A stretch of DNA of 64,000 nucleotides from Patescibacteria group bacterium (GCA_043800905.1 JAZDMO010000007.1:1627-65626); one strand, 5' to 3'; positions 10,000-19,225 are shown, numbered from the stretch's first letter. Notes: generated from the sequence alone by a model not told the origin. Program-made: numbers and translations.

Positions 10000-10536
10000 A
10001 TGTTTAAATTTGCATTACCAATTATATTAATAATAACTTCTGGGGGATTGTTTTTTTCCTATGTTGATCCTAATTATCAAGAAATCCAATCTTTAGAAGA
10101 TTTAAATGGGCAGTATGATGAAGCCTTAAATAAGTCTAAGGAATTACGAGATGTTCGTGATTCTTTGCTTTCTAAATTTACTGCTTTTAAAGTGGAAGAA
10201 ACTGAAAAATTAGAAAAATTATTACCAGATCATTTTGACAACATTAGATTAATTATGGATATTGATGCTATTGCTTCGAAATATAATGTTTTAATAAGAA
10301 AGGTTGACGTATCCAATGCAGGTTCGACTGAGAGTGGTTTAGGAAAAAATACTGATAGTTATAATTCTCTTAGTTTAGATTTTACCATTGAAGCTACCTA
10401 TGATAATTTCCAAAGATTTTTGGATGATTTAACTAATAGTCTTAGAATGGTGGATGTGACAAATCTTTCTTTTCAAGCTTCAAGTTTAAATTTATTTAGA
10501 TACAGTTTAAGTCTTAAAACATATTGGTTAAAATAA
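10000..10536 (+). CDS. pilO: PilO-like pilus assembly protein
   Basis: TM helix, coiled coil, KLLPD, ATYDNFQRFLDDLTNSLRMVDV, LKTYW. Confidence 0.8.
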   Translation: MFKFALPIILIITSGGLFFSYVDPNYQEIQSLEDLNGQYDEALNKSKELRDVRDSLLSKFTAFKVEETEKLEKLLPDHFDNIRLIMDIDAIASKYNVLIRKVDVSNAGSTESGLGKNTDSYNSLSLDFTIEATYDNFQRFLDDLTNSLRMVDVTNLSFQASSLNLFRYSLSLKTYWLK

Positions 10537-10542
10537 AAATTT

Positions 10543-10902
10543 ATGGAAAAAGTAAAAAATAAAAAAACAAATATATTTTCTTTGCTAGGTATTATGGCGG
10601 TTTTGTTTTTTGCTTATCTTTTTATGGCTTCGGCAGCGACTGGTGGTTCTCAATTAGTATCTTTGGGGGCTAAAAATACCAGTGGGGATGTGGGGAGAGA
10701 GACTCTTGAAACTTTATTAAAACTTAAATCTTTGAGATTGGATGGAACCATTTTTGAAGATCAGGTTTTTCTTTCTCTAAAAGATTTTAGCGTTGAATTA
10801 AAAGAACAGCCAAAGGGAAGAAATAATCCTTTTGCTGTTTTGGGAGATGATACTGATTATATTGTTTCGGACGAAGTGTCGGCGGATGAAGAATCAAACT
10901 AG
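10543..10902 (+). CDS. Small pilus-associated membrane protein (PilP-position, GRxNPF motif)
   Basis: TM helix; GRNNPF; located between pilO and pilB. Confidence 0.6.
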   Translation: MEKVKNKKTNIFSLLGIMAVLFFAYLFMASAATGGSQLVSLGAKNTSGDVGRETLETLLKLKSLRLDGTIFEDQVFLSLKDFSVELKEQPKGRNNPFAVLGDDTDYIVSDEVSADEESN

Positions 10903-10917
10903 CAGAAGATTACAATT

Positions 10918-12639
10918 ATGGGTTTTACAGATATTTTAATAAAGAAAAATATCATTTCTGCTTCTCAGCTAGCAGAGTTTCAAAAAGAAGTTGACTCCTC
11001 TAAAGATTTAGAGGAAGTTTTGGTTGAAAAAAATATTTCTCGTGAAGAAATAAATAAAGCCAAAGAAGAATATTATAATCTTCCCGTTAAAGATTTAAAT
11101 GTTGATAATTTTAATTATAAGGCTTTAAAATATGTTCCAGAAAAATCCGCGGTTCATTATGAATTTATTCCTTTGGGAGTTAAGGATGGTTTTTTAGAGG
11201 TGGGTATTGTTGATCCATCTAATATTGAAGCGAGAGATGCCATTGAATTTATTTCCTCAAAAGTTAAATTGCCTTTTAAACTTTTTTTGATTTCCAAGGC
11301 TAATTTTAGAATTGCTTTAGATGGCTATAAAGGTTTGCGAGGAGAAGTTTCTCAAGCTTTAACAGAACTAGAGTTGGAACTTAACGAAGAAGAAGAAAAG
11401 ATTAGTAACGCTGTTTCTAAAATAAAAAAAGGACATTCTGATTATGATGCTACGATTACTGAAGACGCACCAGTAACTAAGATTGTGGCAACTATTTTGA
11501 GATATGCTTCTGAGGGAGAAGCTTCTGATGTTCATATTGAACCTTCGGCAGAAAAAGTTCGAGTACGTTTTCGTGTTGATGGAATTTTGGATACTCATCT
11601 AGTTTTACCAACCAAAGTTCATGGGGCGGTGGTAGCTAGAATAAAAATTTTATCTCAGATGCGTTTGGATGAAAAAAGAAAACCGCAAGATGGAAGATTT
11701 TCTGCCAAAATAGATAGTCATAAAGTTGATTTTCGTGTTTCTACTTTTCCTACTTACTATGGAGAAAAAGTAGTTATGCGTCTTCTTGAAGCGGATAAAG
11801 GAGCAGGGCGATTGGAAGAAACTGGTTTGAGTGATAGTCATTTGAAAATTATTAAAAGATGTATTCAAAGACCGCATGGTTTAATTTTAATTTCTGGTCC
11901 GACTGGTTCAGGAAAAAGTACCACTTTATATTCTATTTTGAGTGAAATTGATCGTTTAAGTAAAAATGTGTTATCTCTGGAAGATCCTGTTGAAAGAAAT
12001 GTTGAAGGGGTTAGTCAGTCACAGGTGCGAGCTGAGATTGGTTACACTTTTGCTAGTGGATTAAGAACTATTTTGCGACAAGACCCAGATGTTATCATGG
12101 TGGGAGAGATTCGAGATAAGGAAACAGCTGGTTTGGCTATTCAAGCTGCCTTAACTGGTCACTTAGTTTTTTCGACCATTCACACCAATGACGCAGTGGG
12201 GGTAATTCCTCGTTTAATTGAAATGGATGTGGATCCTTATTTGATTGCCCCAACTCTTATTTTAGCTATGGCACAAAGACTAACTCGTCGTTTGTCTGAA
12301 GGCTCTGGCAAACCTTTACCAATAGAGGGGAGTATTAAGATGATGATAGATAAGGCTTTTGAAAGTTTGCCTCAAGAATTTAGAAAAGATATTGTTTTTC
12401 CAGAAAATGTTTATGAAGCTAGTCCGACTAAAGATAACCCTACTGGATTAAAGGGGAGAATTGGTGTTTATGAGTTGATTGAAATGGATAGAGATATTGA
12501 AGAAACTATTTTAAAAAACCCAGACAGTATGGATTTGGAAACTTTAGTTCGTCAGAAAGGAATGATTACCATGAAACAAGATGCTTTGATTAAGGCTTTT
12601 AATAAAATTATCCCTTTTGAAGAAGCTAATAAACTTTAA
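10918..12639 (+). CDS. pilB: Type IV pilus extension ATPase PilB (GspE/PulE family)
   Basis: ASDVHIEP, RFRVDG, PQDGR, GPTGSGKSTT, EDPVE, LRQDPDVIMVGEIRD, TGHLVFSTIHTND. Confidence 0.95.
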   Translation: MGFTDILIKKNIISASQLAEFQKEVDSSKDLEEVLVEKNISREEINKAKEEYYNLPVKDLNVDNFNYKALKYVPEKSAVHYEFIPLGVKDGFLEVGIVDPSNIEARDAIEFISSKVKLPFKLFLISKANFRIALDGYKGLRGEVSQALTELELELNEEEEKISNAVSKIKKGHSDYDATITEDAPVTKIVATILRYASEGEASDVHIEPSAEKVRVRFRVDGILDTHLVLPTKVHGAVVARIKILSQMRLDEKRKPQDGRFSAKIDSHKVDFRVSTFPTYYGEKVVMRLLEADKGAGRLEETGLSDSHLKIIKRCIQRPHGLILISGPTGSGKSTTLYSILSEIDRLSKNVLSLEDPVERNVEGVSQSQVRAEIGYTFASGLRTILRQDPDVIMVGEIRDKETAGLAIQAALTGHLVFSTIHTNDAVGVIPRLIEMDVDPYLIAPTLILAMAQRLTRRLSEGSGKPLPIEGSIKMMIDKAFESLPQEFRKDIVFPENVYEASPTKDNPTGLKGRIGVYELIEMDRDIEETILKNPDSMDLETLVRQKGMITMKQDALIKAFNKIIPFEEANKL

Positions 12640-12677
12640 AAATTTAGGGATCGTTTAATAAATTATGTTTCTTTTTG

Positions 12678-13270
12678 TGAAGGATTTTGCAGAGCAAAAT
12701 CCTTCCGTTTGTTTTATTTATTATTACTAGATTACGAAGTAATTTAGTATTCATCGTCTGTCTGTTCGTCATTACGAGGAAAAAATTAAGGTTCAAAAGT
12801 TTTAAAACTTTTGAACCTTAATTTTTGACGTGGTAATCCAGAATTATATATTAAGACTTAATGAAAAATTAATCAGGCTGTTTTATAAAATTCTTTCTGG
12901 ATTGCTTCGTCACTCCACTGCGTTCCGTTCCTCGCAATGACGGACGACGAAAAGCAAAACGTCTCTGCGAGATCAGATTTTTTAATAAAAATCTGATCGT
13001 GGCAGTCCAGACTTGTGAAATCACGAAGTGATTTAATTAAAAAACTAAAACCTCACTCGCAAAGACGAAAAACAAAGTTTTTCGTTACGTTTTGCGTTAA
13101 GCAAAACGTCTCTGCGAGGCACGAAGCAGTCCAGTAATAAAGTGTTTTTAGGAGGAGTGAAATAATATGATACTTGTCCGCCTTGCCTGCCCCTGCACGC
13201 CGGCAGGCGGGGGTAGACAGGTTGCTTCGTAAACTCGCAATGATGAATGACGAGATGCTGGGTTGATTTA
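12678..13270. repeat. Cluster of REP-like palindromes (GTCATTGCGAG...GCAATCCAG family and GC-rich CCTGCC family) plus a lone MITE end
   Basis: Copies at about 12767-12841, 12897-12942, 12960-13010, 13107-13134 and 13172-13245; GACTTAATGAAAAATTAATCAGGCT at 12855 matches the MITE terminus at 16121-16146. Confidence 0.85.
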
Positions 13271-13461
13271 TAGACTTGTAATGATAAGTGAATGGATTTT
13301 TTAAAGTAAGATCCCCCTTCCTAAATTTATTCGCCGTGGCGGGTGGTGGTGAATTTGCGGGTTTTCCCCAGCAAGAGAATATATTTCTTTTCTGTTTTCT
13401 TGTATAATTATAATTAAGATTTGGGTTTTAAAAAATCCAATAGCTCAATAAATTAAATTTT

Positions 13462-14520
13462 ATGGAAAATAAAACTTTATTAAATGAATTAGTCGCTGAT
13501 GTCATCAAAGAAAATGCTTCTGATATTCACTTATCTGTAAATCAAAACCCGTCTATTCGAATTCATGGGGCTCTTTTTGAACTTAAAAAATATCCCGTGG
13601 TCACTGAAGAAAATTTAATTGGAATTATTGATGAAATTTTAACTCCGTCGTTTAAAGAAAGGTTTTTAAAAGAAAAAGAAATTGATTTTTCTTATGAAAT
13701 TGCCGAAGCACGATTTAGAGGAAGTTGTTTTTTTAGCCAGAAATCTATTTGTATTAGTCTGCGATTAATTCCCAAGGTGGTGGGGACTTTGGATGAACTT
13801 AATTTGCCCCCATCTTTACTTAATTTTACAAGAAAGGAACAAGGATTTTTTTTAGTGGTTGGTCCTATGGGTCATGGTAAATCCACAACCTTAGCATCTA
13901 TGATTGATTCTATAAATAAAGAAAGAACTGAACATATTGTGACCATTGAAGACCCTGTGGAATATGTTTATCTTAAAGATAAATCTCTTATTGATCAGAG
14001 AGAGGTGGGGGTTGATACTAAAGATTTTCCTACCGCTTTGAAATCAGCTTTTAGACAGGATGCTGATGTTATTATGATTGGTGAGATGCGAGGTTTGGAA
14101 ACTATTTCAACGGCTGTCACGGCTGCAGAAACAGGACATTTGGTTTTTTCAACTTTACATACCAATAACGCAGCTCAAACCGTTGATAGGATTATTGATG
14201 CTTTTCCTGCTAATCAACAGGATCAAATTAGAGTGCAGTTAGCAGGGTCGCTTTTGGGAATTTTTTCTCAAAGATTAATTCCTAGAATTTCTGGAGGAGT
14301 AATTCCAGCCTATGAACTACTAATTAATAATAACGCTATTTCTAATTTGATTCGTGAAGGTCGTTCTTTTGAAATTCAAAATGTTATTGAAACTTCTTCT
14401 AATGAAGGTATGGTAAGTTTAAATAGGTCTTTAGCTGAATTGGTTCGCTTAGGTGAGGTTACTATGGAGAATGCTAGAAAATATTCAACTACTGAAGGTG
14501 ATTTGGATAAATTGTTTTAG
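13462..14520 (+). CDS. pilT: Type IV pilus retraction ATPase PilT
   Basis: ASDIHL, GPMGHGKSTTLA, TIEDPVEY, DQREVG, AAETGHLVFSTLHTN, AISNLIREG. Confidence 0.95.
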   Translation: MENKTLLNELVADVIKENASDIHLSVNQNPSIRIHGALFELKKYPVVTEENLIGIIDEILTPSFKERFLKEKEIDFSYEIAEARFRGSCFFSQKSICISLRLIPKVVGTLDELNLPPSLLNFTRKEQGFFLVVGPMGHGKSTTLASMIDSINKERTEHIVTIEDPVEYVYLKDKSLIDQREVGVDTKDFPTALKSAFRQDADVIMIGEMRGLETISTAVTAAETGHLVFSTLHTNNAAQTVDRIIDAFPANQQDQIRVQLAGSLLGIFSQRLIPRISGGVIPAYELLINNNAISNLIREGRSFEIQNVIETSSNEGMVSLNRSLAELVRLGEVTMENARKYSTTEGDLDKLF

Positions 14521-14532
14521 GAAAAAATAATT

Positions 14533-15738
14533 ATGTTATTTAAATATAAAGTTGTTGATAATAAAGGAATAGAAAAAGAAGGAAGTATTGAAGCTACCAG
14601 CGAGGAGGTGGCTATTGCTTCTTTGCAAGATCGAGCCTATGTTATTACTTATATTGCTCCAGTTAAGAATACAAACTTTTTAAATTTTGAATTCACTTTT
14701 TTTCAAAAAGTTTCTAATAAGGATGTTGTTATGTTGTCTAAACAAATGGCAACTTTGTTTGGAGCGCAAGTTTCCGCTTTGAGAATTTTTAGACTATTGG
14801 GAGATGAATCAGAAAACCCAATGTTAAAAAGGGTTTTGAAAAAAGTGGCGGATGATATTCAAGGAGGTAATCCGATTTCTCTGGCTTTATCTAAACACCC
14901 AAAGGTTTTTTCTGAATTTTACGTCAATATGGTTAAGTCGGGTGAGGAAGCGGGAACTTTAAACGATACTTTTGCTTATTTAGCAGAGCATCTTGATAGA
15001 AATTATGACTTGGTTTCAAAAGTAAAAAATGCTTTGATTTATCCTATTTTCGTGGTGATTGTTTTTTTTGTGGTTATGGTTTTGATGTTAACTATGGTTA
15101 TTCCTAAAATTAGCTTGATTTTGTTAGACGCTGGACAGGATTTACCTTTTCTTACTAGGGTAGTTATCGGAATTAGTAATTTTTTTGTTAATTACGGTAT
15201 TTTTTTGTTAGTGGCAGTTATCGTTGGTATTTTTATGTTTATTCGTTTTTCCAGAACTCAAGCGGGGAAAATGTCCATCGGTCGTTTTTCTCTAGCCGTT
15301 CCTTATATAGGAGACTTGTATAAAAAAATGTATTTAGCAAGAATTGCTGGAAATATGCAAACCATGTTGGCGAGCGGGGTTTCTATTGTTAAAGCTGTAG
15401 AAACCACGGCTGATGTAGTCGATAGTGTTATTTATCGTGAAATTTTGGAAAAAGCTGCTCAATCAATTAAAACAGGAATTTCTGTTTCTGGAGCTTTGAG
15501 TGGTTATGATGAGGTTCCTAATATCATGGTGCAAATGATTAAGATTGGAGAGGAAACAGGAGAATTAAGTAATATTTTAAGTACTCTTTCTCGTTTCTAT
15601 GAAAGAGAAGTTAACGGAGCGGTTGATATGTTAGTTGGAATGATTGAACCAGCGATGATTGTTTTTCTTGGCTTGGGAGTAGGGGGATTGATGGCAGCAG
15701 TGTTGATGCCAATTTACAATATCTCTTCAGCGATTTAA
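14533..15738 (+). CDS. pilC: Type IV pilus platform protein PilC (GspF family)
   Basis: HPKVFSEFYVNMVKSGEEAG, ALIYP, MIKIGEETGEL, MIEPAMIV...MPIY. Confidence 0.95.
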   Translation: MLFKYKVVDNKGIEKEGSIEATSEEVAIASLQDRAYVITYIAPVKNTNFLNFEFTFFQKVSNKDVVMLSKQMATLFGAQVSALRIFRLLGDESENPMLKRVLKKVADDIQGGNPISLALSKHPKVFSEFYVNMVKSGEEAGTLNDTFAYLAEHLDRNYDLVSKVKNALIYPIFVVIVFFVVMVLMLTMVIPKISLILLDAGQDLPFLTRVVIGISNFFVNYGIFLLVAVIVGIFMFIRFSRTQAGKMSIGRFSLAVPYIGDLYKKMYLARIAGNMQTMLASGVSIVKAVETTADVVDSVIYREILEKAAQSIKTGISVSGALSGYDEVPNIMVQMIKIGEETGELSNILSTLSRFYEREVNGAVDMLVGMIEPAMIVFLGLGVGGLMAAVLMPIYNISSAI

Positions 15739-15800
15739 ACAGTTTTCAACTTTCAATTATCAGTTTTCATTAAATTTTCAATTGATAAATTATCAGTGAC

Positions 15801-16429
15801 ATGACCTATAATTTAGAGGAAAGAACCGCTAAATACTCTGAAAATGTTATTTCTTTGATTAAAAGTGTCAAAATAAGGCTTAATGAAAAAAATATCAGGC
15901 TGAAAATGATAAACTAGCTAGTCTTAATATTATTTAAAATGATTTTTAATTAAAAACTTAAATATTTAAATTATAAAGAATTTAATTGTTTTAAAAATTT
16001 CTAGACTGCTTCGCAAGCTCGCAGAGACGAATGATTTCATCGTCCATTCGTTATTGCGAGGAATAAGATGCAGAGAAACAGAATCTTATGACGAAGCAAT
16101 CCAGAAAGAATTTCATAAAATAGCCTGATTAATTTACTATTAAGCTCAAAATAACATTGTTAAACAAAAACATAGTTGAACAATTATCAAAATCAGCCAC
16201 AAGTATCGGGGTTAACTATCATGAAACGAATAACGCTAGTTCTAAGAAAGATTTTATAAATAAGATTTATTTTTGTAAAAAAGAGGCTAACGAAACAAGA
16301 TATTGGTTAGATTTATTAAATAAAAATGAAATAAAGTTTACAGAAGATATTGGTTTATTGAAAAAAGAGAATCAAGAACTAGTCATGATTTTCCAGAAAA
16401 TAATCAATACTTCAAACAACAAACATTGA
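15801..16429 (+). pseudogene. Four-helix-bundle protein (23S rRNA IVP/TIGR02436-like) interrupted by a 270-bp insertion
   Basis: Removing 15877-16154 (insert plus one TSD copy) gives MTYNLEERTAKYSENVISLIKSVKITLLNKNIVEQLSKSATSIGVNYHE...KKEANETRYWL, the family signature. Confidence 0.88.
15877..16146. mobile_element. Non-autonomous MITE, IS1595-like ends
   Basis: 8-bp direct repeat CAAAATAA at 15869-15876 and 16147-16154; imperfect TIRs GGCTTAATGAAAAAAATATCAGGCT / AGCCTGATTAATTTACTATTAAGCT; no ORF; carries REP copies internally. Confidence 0.85.
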
Positions 16430-16574
16430 AAATTGAGAATTGTAAACTGAAAATTGTTTTGATTTATCCCCAGAAAGACTTTCTTTTCTTTGCTTTTTGG
16501 GAGTATAATCAAATAAACGCAAATTATATTTGTTATTAATTATTAGTTATTAATTTAATATTATTAAAAATAAT

Positions 16575-17069
16575 ATGAAGAAATTTATGAAAAAGGATAC
16601 AAAAGGTTTTTCTCTTATCGAACTTTTGATTGTGGTTGCGATCATGGGAATTCTATCCGCCGTTGTTTTAAGTTCTTTGGGAACTGCTCGACAAAAAGCG
16701 AGAGATGCTAGAAGAATTTCAGACGTAAAGGATGCCGCTAAGATTTTAGTTATTGCTTCTGATGTGGGAGGAATAAATATTTCAGGTTGTACCACCGCTA
16801 ACGTAGCTTTGAATACTTGTGGAGATGGAACTGATCAATTTATGGATTTAAGAAGTTATTCTGACCCATCAACAGCAACAGCTGTTTGTAGCGGTACAAC
16901 AACTGAAGGTCCTTGTGAATATGGTATTGCAAATATAGATGGAGACGCAAGAGCAACTACAGAAGATTACCAAATTTGTTTTTATCTTGAATATGGAGCA
17001 GGAGATCTTTCTTCTGGTTTAAATTCAGTTGTGGGTCCAATTGGAAACTTGGTAGCTGGTTGTAATTAA
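16575..17069 (+). CDS. Type IV pilin (candidate major pilin, copy 1)
   Basis: KG|FSLIELLIVVAIMGILSAVVL...ARQKARDARRISD; Cys-rich C-terminus. Confidence 0.93.
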   Translation: MKKFMKKDTKGFSLIELLIVVAIMGILSAVVLSSLGTARQKARDARRISDVKDAAKILVIASDVGGINISGCTTANVALNTCGDGTDQFMDLRSYSDPSTATAVCSGTTTEGPCEYGIANIDGDARATTEDYQICFYLEYGAGDLSSGLNSVVGPIGNLVAGCN

Positions 17070-17080
17070 TCTAAATTTTG

Positions 17081-17500
17081 ATGATGTTTAATAAACAAAA
17101 TCAAATTGAAAAAGTAGAAACTCTGGGATGTTTAAAAACATCTCGGGGTTTTTCTTTGGTGGAATTGTTAGTATCTATTGCGATCATTGGTATTTTATCT
17201 TCCATTGTTTTAGTTTCTTTAGGAAGTGCTAGAGAAAAGGCCCGTTTAAGTAGAGTTCAAAGTCAAATGACCGCCTTACATCCTCATTTAATAATGTGTA
17301 TTAATGATGGAGTTTCTGTTGACTTTTCTTCTTCTGCTCCTACAGTTGGGGCATCTTTATGTTCTAGTACTAATGTTAATTTTCCAGAATTACCAGCGGG
17401 ATGGTCTTATGTTGTTAGTCCGGTTGGAAGTTATAGGGCTTCAGGAGAAGGGTATCAGGTTAATTGTACAGAAACTGGTTGTGTAACAACTACCCCTTAA
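17081..17500 (+). CDS. Type IV pilin-like protein
   Basis: RG|FSLVELLVSIAIIGILSSIVLVSL..AREKAR; four Cys in the mature domain. Confidence 0.9.
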   Translation: MMFNKQNQIEKVETLGCLKTSRGFSLVELLVSIAIIGILSSIVLVSLGSAREKARLSRVQSQMTALHPHLIMCINDGVSVDFSSSAPTVGASLCSSTNVNFPELPAGWSYVVSPVGSYRASGEGYQVNCTETGCVTTTP

Positions 17501-17502
17501 TT

Positions 17503-18198
17503 ATGTTTTTTAATTTTATAAAAAAAGAAAAGCAAGGTTTTCTAGAATATCAGACGGGGTTTACCCCATCAGAAATTTTTATGAAGATATTTGGTGATAT
17601 AAAGAAAAAAATAAGCAGTTTTTTAAAAAATGAAAAGCAAGGTTTTCTAGAATATCAGACGGGGTTTACCCCGTCAGGAATTTTTAATAGTTTGTTATCT
17701 ATAATAAGAAACAAAATGAAAAAAAATCTTTTTAATAAAAAACAAGATTCTTTGAAATTCCAATCGGGGTTTACTTTAACTGAACTTTTGGTGGCTATCG
17801 CGATTATTGGAATTTTATCTTCCATTGTTTTAACTTCAATGAGTGGGGCGAGAGAAAGGGCTAAGGATGGAAAAAGAATTTCTGATATTAAACAAATTCA
17901 GTTAGCTTTAGAATTATATTACGATGTAAATTCTGCTTATCCTGTAGATAATGGTTCTCAAAATATTTTGTATAACGATCCTAAACCTTTAACTAATTTT
18001 TTAAAAATTTCTCAAGACCCCGATGGAACTAATTACCATTATTGGAGTACGGGACAAGATTATCACCTAGGAGCTGTCTTACAACAAACAAATAATGCTT
18101 TAGATGACGACGATGATGCTACTGGTGGTTTTGAAGGTTCTAGTTCTGATTGTGGTTCTGTGACCGGAACAGATTTTTGTTACGATGTAACTCCTTAA
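17503..18198 (+). CDS. Type IV pilin (GspG-like) with a leader extended by modules A and B
   Basis: SG|FTLTELLVAIAIIGILSSIVL...ARERAKDGKRISDIKQIQLALELYY; likely ATG at 17503, just after the previous stop. Confidence 0.9.
   Translation: MFFNFIKKEKQGFLEYQTGFTPSEIFMKIFGDIKKKISSFLKNEKQGFLEYQTGFTPSGIFNSLLSIIRNKMKKNLFNKKQDSLKFQSGFTLTELLVAIAIIGILSSIVLTSMSGARERAKDGKRISDIKQIQLALELYYDVNSAYPVDNGSQNILYNDPKPLTNFLKISQDPDGTNYHYWSTGQDYHLGAVLQQTNNALDDDDDATGGFEGSSSDCGSVTGTDFCYDVTP
17563..17772 (+). repeat. Two tandem 105-bp leader modules (A 17563-17667, B 17668-17772)
   Basis: GGGGT-TT-AC junctions spaced exactly 105 nt apart (modules or mature gene start at 17563, 17668, 17773). Confidence 0.95.
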
Positions 18199-18209
18199 AT
18201 TAAAAATGA

Positions 18210-18243
18210 AAAAAGCGGTGGGCTGGTGTCCACCGCTTTTTTT
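18210..18243 (+). terminator. Intrinsic terminator
   Basis: AAAAAGCGGTGGGC-TGGT-GTCCACCGCTTTTTTT. Confidence 0.8.
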
Positions 18244-18407
18244 AATAGAGTTATAAAAAGTAATCATTGTTTTGTTTAATTATTAATTATATTATTTAAA
18301 TGGGATAATTTTTAATCCTTTTAATTGAAGGTATTGTTTAATCAAATAGACACAAATTACATTTGTTATTAATTATTAGTTATTAATTTAATATTATTAA
18401 AAATAAG

Positions 18408-18917
18408 ATGAAGAAATTTATGAAAAAGGATATAAAAGGTTTTTCCCTTATTGAACTTTTGATTGTGGTTGCAATCATGGGAATTCTATCTGCTGTTGTT
18501 TTGAGTTCTCTAGGAACCGCTCGTCAAAAAGCAAGAGACGCTAGAAGAATTTCAGACGTAAAGGATGCCGCTAAGATTTTAGTTATTGCTTCTGATGTGG
18601 GAGGGGTGAGCATCTCAGGTTGTGGTTCTCCTGATGTCGCCTTAAAAACTTGTGGAGACCCTGATATTGAAAATGATCCTTTTATGGATTTAAGAAGTTA
18701 TTCTGACCCTTCTGTTTCTGAAGAAGTTTGTTCAAGTGGAAGAATTATTGCCGACGGTCCCTGTGAGTACGGAATATCTGATATGACTGGTGATGAAGCG
18801 CCCACCACAGAAGATTACCAAATCTGTTTTTTCCTTGAATATGGAGCGGGAGATCTTTCCGCTGGCCTAAATTCTGTTGTGGGTCCAATTGGAAACTTGG
18901 TAGCTGGTTGTAACTAA
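18408..18917 (+). CDS. Type IV pilin (candidate major pilin, copy 2; paralog of 16575-17069)
   Basis: Near-identical N-terminus and C-terminal GLNSVVGPIGNLVAGCN; about 65 bp of shared upstream sequence. Confidence 0.93.
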   Translation: MKKFMKKDIKGFSLIELLIVVAIMGILSAVVLSSLGTARQKARDARRISDVKDAAKILVIASDVGGVSISGCGSPDVALKTCGDPDIENDPFMDLRSYSDPSVSEEVCSSGRIIADGPCEYGISDMTGDEAPTTEDYQICFFLEYGAGDLSAGLNSVVGPIGNLVAGCN

Positions 18918-18993
18918 ATTAATTTTTTAAGAAATTTAAGGTTTTTAATAACATAAATAATTATTATTTTCTTCTATTATTTACTTATAAAGT

Positions 18994-19018
18994 AAAACCC
19001 GTCTTTAGGCGGGTTTTT
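18994..19018 (+). terminator. Intrinsic terminator
   Basis: AAAACCCGTCT-TT-AGGCGGGTTTTT. Confidence 0.75.
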
Positions 19019-19028
19019 ATTATCCTTT

Positions 19029-19132
19029 CTCGCAATGACGGTCCGCTTAGGGCGGACCGTCATTGCGAGGAAAAAATTAAGCCTCAAAAGTTTTAAAACT
19101 TTTGAGGCTTAATTTTTGACGTGGCAATCCAG
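19029..19132. repeat. REP-like nested palindrome
   Basis: CTCGCAATGACGGTCCGC..GCGGACCGTCATTGCGAGG followed by a long AT-rich palindrome and GACGTGGCAATCCAG; nearly the same as 12767-12841. Confidence 0.88.
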
Positions 19133-19225
19133 TAAAAATTTAAGTCTTTAAATCTAACCGAAACTATTTTTCAGATGGAAGGGTTTTGTTTTAATGTTCT
19201 GGTGTTTTAATGCTATAATATTTTT

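Noticed and set aside
16575-18917. Pilin paralogs as a DGR template/variable repeat pair
   Set aside because: Differences include indels and changes at all four bases, not only adenines; no reverse transcriptase is present and the Avd-like gene is broken.
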